A stretch of 64,000 bases of DNA, taken from NCBI GenBank assembly GCA_964230645.1, contig CAXRHT010000002.1, positions 1,856,001 through 1,920,000 on the forward strand, given 5' to 3'. Positions 61,043 through 64,000 of the stretch are shown piece by piece (position 1 is the first letter of the stretch; each line of letters opens with the position of its first letter). The notes beneath the pieces are model-generated. The model worked only from the letters and a program-made list of their open reading frames with translations. It had not been told where the DNA came from and searched no databases. A program made the translations under genes and the position numbers. The stretch comes from Bdellovibrionales bacterium (lineage in GTDB: Bacteria; Bdellovibrionota; Bdellovibrionia; Bdellovibrionales; JAGQZY01).

Positions 61043-61960
61043 ATGGATAAGATTATCAACACAGTGAGCACAATATTTAAAGAACGCTACGGGGCTCAAC
61101 TCAAGATCGATAGAAATTTGGGGGAGTCGAACCAAAAACCTTTTTTTAAAAGTCATTGGAAAAACACCTTTGTTTATTCACAAACAATGCGGCAAGTGAG
61201 CTTTCCAATTTTCAATTTAAAAAAGGAATTAAAAGCCATTGCGACAGCAAGCCCTGTAGAAAGTCAGGATGCGGTTGTTTTTGATGAAATGGCTCAATTT
61301 TTACAGCTTACCATCGCTGAGCATATTGAACTCACTGAACAGGTCGATTTTAAAGAGCTGACTCAGCAAGTAATTGAACATGCCCATAGTGATCAGAATA
61401 AGGTTGTTGAGTTGAAGACTCGTAAAAAAGTTGAAACTCCGGTTATTGAGTACAAGCGTCGAAAAATTAATCGGGAGCCTGATTTACAGCCTATTTGGCT
61501 AAGTGGGTCCAACGAAAACTTTAATTCTCAAATTGCCTTCTCAGTGCACGATTGGATTTCTAATTGGGCTTTTATTAATGCTAAAGAAATACCTGATCTT
61601 ATTTGGAAAGATCCCCACAGTTGGAGAAATTTTCCGCAGGTCACAATTTTTATTCCGGACATACCAAGTTTATCGGAAAAGAAATTAGAGGTCCTTAAAC
61701 GAAACTTGGCGGATTTACGAAAAATCAAAGGTAAAAAGCCGATGGTTGTGGTGACAAGTCCCATAGAGATCAGTGATGAACTCAATTATTTTAGGGAGTC
61801 ATTTAAACATTACACTGTAAACGAAAACCTTTCAGCCCGCGTGCAGGCTCACTTCTTACTTTATCATCATAAGAAAAATAGCCTCGGTACTTACTCCGAT
61901 GAAAAGACAAAAGGTCTCTACTTCTTGCCTTTCTCGCCTAGTCCGACACGTGTTCACTAA
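61043..61960 (+). CDS. Hypothetical protein resembling a degenerate sigma54-activator AAA+ domain
   Basis: QPIWLSG...IAFSVH...AF...TIFIPDIPSLS...MVVVTS follows the EBP core spacing but lacks Walker A, Walker B and GAFTGA. Confidence 0.55.
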   Translation: MDKIINTVSTIFKERYGAQLKIDRNLGESNQKPFFKSHWKNTFVYSQTMRQVSFPIFNLKKELKAIATASPVESQDAVVFDEMAQFLQLTIAEHIELTEQVDFKELTQQVIEHAHSDQNKVVELKTRKKVETPVIEYKRRKINREPDLQPIWLSGSNENFNSQIAFSVHDWISNWAFINAKEIPDLIWKDPHSWRNFPQVTIFIPDIPSLSEKKLEVLKRNLADLRKIKGKKPMVVVTSPIEISDELNYFRESFKHYTVNENLSARVQAHFLLYHHKKNSLGTYSDEKTKGLYFLPFSPSPTRVH

Positions 61961-61994
61961 ATCTTTTTAAAAGAAAAATAGATGTATTTTATAG

Positions 61995-62026
61995 AAGCCA
62001 ATTTCTCACCAAGGAGATTGGCTTTT
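61995..62026 (+). terminator. Probable intrinsic terminator
   Basis: AAGCCAATTTCT...GGAGATTGGCTT followed by TT. Confidence 0.6.
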
Positions 62027-62085
62027 CTATTTGCCGCACGGTAGTATCCCTGCACCTATCTCCTATTCAGGGGTAGCCTTTACTG

Positions 62086-63096
62086 ATGGGCGATTTTAAA
62101 ACTTTTCTTGATTCTCATTTAAAAACTTCTGAATACAATATTGTTCCTCTGGCTGGTGATGCCTCCACTCGACGCTACTATCGAGTGATCGCTGGCAAGA
62201 ATAGCTGGGTCCTTATGGAATGGGAGCCTTTTGAAAAAGTGGATGATTTTCCTTTTTTGTCGGTTCAACAGTATTTTGATAAAAATCAGGTGCGAGTCCC
62301 CAAGGTTCATCATTATGACTCGCAACAAGGACTTTTTCTTTTAGAAGACCTTGGTGACCTAACCTTAGAGAGACGTTTCTGGGAATTTCAGAATCAAGAT
62401 GTCATCCTCCCCTTTTATCAAAAAACCCTGGACGAGCTCATCAAGATCCACTCATTAAACTTTGAAGAAAAGCAGGCGAAAAGCTGCTCAGCCTATAAAA
62501 TAGAATTTAACGTGGACAAACTCCTTTGGGAAATGAATTACGCCAAGAAATTTTTGCTCAAAGGATTTCTCAATCTCGAACTTAGCCCTGATTTGGAACA
62601 GAAATTAGAGCAGGAATTTCAATCCATCTGTGAAGAACTTTATCAATCTCCTCAAGTAATATGTCATAGGGATTTTCATTCAAGAAACGTTATGCTTCAC
62701 TACAACGATCTCGTCGTTATAGACTTTCAAGACGCTCGGATGGGCCCACCCGTGTACGACCTGGTCAGCCTGTTTTGTGATTCCTATGTAGAGCTCTCTG
62801 ATAAATCACAGGAAGAGCTGATGAAATATTATGTTTCAAATTTTCCTCATTTTGACAAACTTCAGCTAACACCAAGTCAATGGAATCGTTTCTACGATAT
62901 TCAGGTCGTGCAAAGATGTTTTAAAGCCTGTGGTAGCTTTGCGAGTTTTAAAGTCAACAGGGACGATAACCGTTATCTTCATTACATACCTCGAACTCTA
63001 GAAAGAGTTTGTGAGTACCTGGGAAAAACTGAATCGGCTCCAGAGCTTCTCAAAGTTCTTCAGGATTCCAAAGTGAAATGGGACGTTAAGAAATGA
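62086..63096 (+). CDS. amgK: Anomeric MurNAc/GlcNAc kinase (APH family)
   Basis: LAGDASTRRYYR, LLEDLGD, CHRDFHSRN, IDFQDA.MGP..YDLVSL. Coupled to a nucleotidyltransferase gene. Confidence 0.88.
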   Translation: MGDFKTFLDSHLKTSEYNIVPLAGDASTRRYYRVIAGKNSWVLMEWEPFEKVDDFPFLSVQQYFDKNQVRVPKVHHYDSQQGLFLLEDLGDLTLERRFWEFQNQDVILPFYQKTLDELIKIHSLNFEEKQAKSCSAYKIEFNVDKLLWEMNYAKKFLLKGFLNLELSPDLEQKLEQEFQSICEELYQSPQVICHRDFHSRNVMLHYNDLVVIDFQDARMGPPVYDLVSLFCDSYVELSDKSQEELMKYYVSNFPHFDKLQLTPSQWNRFYDIQVVQRCFKACGSFASFKVNRDDNRYLHYIPRTLERVCEYLGKTESAPELLKVLQDSKVKWDVKK

Positions 63097-64000
63097 TTTG
63101 TTTTCTCCTTACCGCCGGAGAGGGGCGAAGACTTCGCCCCACCACAGAAAAACACATCAAACCCTCTCTTCCTTTTCTAAATCTACCTTTAGCCTACTAC
63201 GGATTTTATTTGGCAAAAAAAGCGGGTTTTCAAAATTTCCTTATGAACAAACACCATCTTCCCGATCAGGTCGATCAACTCGCAAAAAATTTGAGAGAAT
63301 ATACAGACAGCGTTGAAACAGTCGATGAAACCGCAAAGCTTCTTGGTAGTGGCGGCGCCCTTTGGAATGCCCGCAAAATATTACAAAACAATGAGCATTT
63401 TCTAGTGGCAAACGGTGATGAAGTTTTATTTCCTCAGAATGATCAGGTTATTAAACACCTGGTAGAAAGCCATAAAAATTCGGGAGCTCTTTGCACTCTA
63501 CTGACCTGTGACCATCCTGATCTACTAAAGTCTCTGAAGCCTGTCTGGATCAACAACCAAAATGAAGTCCAAGGCTTTGGCATGGAACCTATTAATTCCC
63601 AGTCAAAGCCTGTGCACTACACGGGTTATAAGATATTTTCCCGTAGAATCTTTGATTATCTGCCAGAAGGCGAATCGAACATATTCTATGACGTAGTAAA
63701 AAATGCGCTAACTTGCGGGGAAAAAGTTAAAGTTATGTCTATGGATAAAGCTGTATGGCATGAAACCGGAAATTTTGCTTCTTTTATAAAAGCTTCACTT
63801 TCTGTCGCTGTTGAGCAACTCGAGGCTGTTAACCGGCGTCTCGATTTTTTTGGTAAATCCCGAGTTTTATGCTCTAAAGGGTCCGATTCTTTCTTAGTTG
63901 CTCCAAAGTCTTTTGATACTGGAACGGGAAAAAACTGGAAAGGTTTTATCGGAATTGGCGAAAACTCTTTAGTCAATGCCGAAACTCAATTGGAAAACGT
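63093..64000 (+). CDS. murU: MurU-like sugar-phosphate nucleotidyltransferase (truncated by window edge)
   Basis: ATGA overlap with amgK. Translates as MICFLLTAGEGRRLRPTTEKHIKPSLP...GSGGA...NGD. Confidence 0.8.
   Translation, partial: MICFLLTAGEGRRLRPTTEKHIKPSLPFLNLPLAYYGFYLAKKAGFQNFLMNKHHLPDQVDQLAKNLREYTDSVETVDETAKLLGSGGALWNARKILQNNEHFLVANGDEVLFPQNDQVIKHLVESHKNSGALCTLLTCDHPDLLKSLKPVWINNQNEVQGFGMEPINSQSKPVHYTGYKIFSRRIFDYLPEGESNIFYDVVKNALTCGEKVKVMSMDKAVWHETGNFASFIKASLSVAVEQLEAVNRRLDFFGKSRVLCSKGSDSFLVAPKSFDTGTGKNWKGFIGIGENSLVNAETQLEN

Noticed and set aside
63098..63316. ORF-track calls at 63098-63316 (+) and 63686-63976 (-)
   Set aside because: The real gene is murU in another frame starting at 63093, missed by the track because it runs off the window.

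Overview
Bacterial chromosomal window, probably from a Bdellovibrionota (Bdellovibrio-like) organism. This placement is inferred from the FQNC-type lipobox, the many secreted Cys-rich or low-complexity proteins, the sigma28/sigma54 promoter motifs and the gene order. Housekeeping blocks: caa3-type cytochrome oxidase (SCO-coxB-coxA, cut at the left edge), secA, trmL, glnB-glnA, prkA(yeaG)-yeaH-spoVR, TPR and LolB-like lipoproteins, lpoB-COG3014, mreB plus a sensor kinase, glpD, 6S RNA-xseA-xseB-ispA-tlyA-patatin-pepP, PBP1A-uvrA, an MsbA-like ABC transporter, a PocR-type sigma54 activator, and amgK-murU (cut at the right edge). The most striking unexplained signal is a pair of 170-180 nt intergenic palindromic elements (50614-50783 and 56482-56663). 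They share an 86-nt three-hairpin core (72/86 identical, with a compensatory change). Their 42-44 bp inverted-repeat arms differ between copies, yet each pair is almost perfectly symmetric. Next to one copy, 70 of the last 73 msbA codons end in A or C. Other notable items are a third structured repeat after glnA, three tandem secreted proteins sharing a C-terminal EE(S/T)IVVN tail, a signal-peptide-bearing HipA/PI3K-like kinase behind a sigma54 motif, and several apparent pseudoenzymes. No CRISPR array, transposase, rRNA or tRNA was recognised. All alignments and counts were done by hand.
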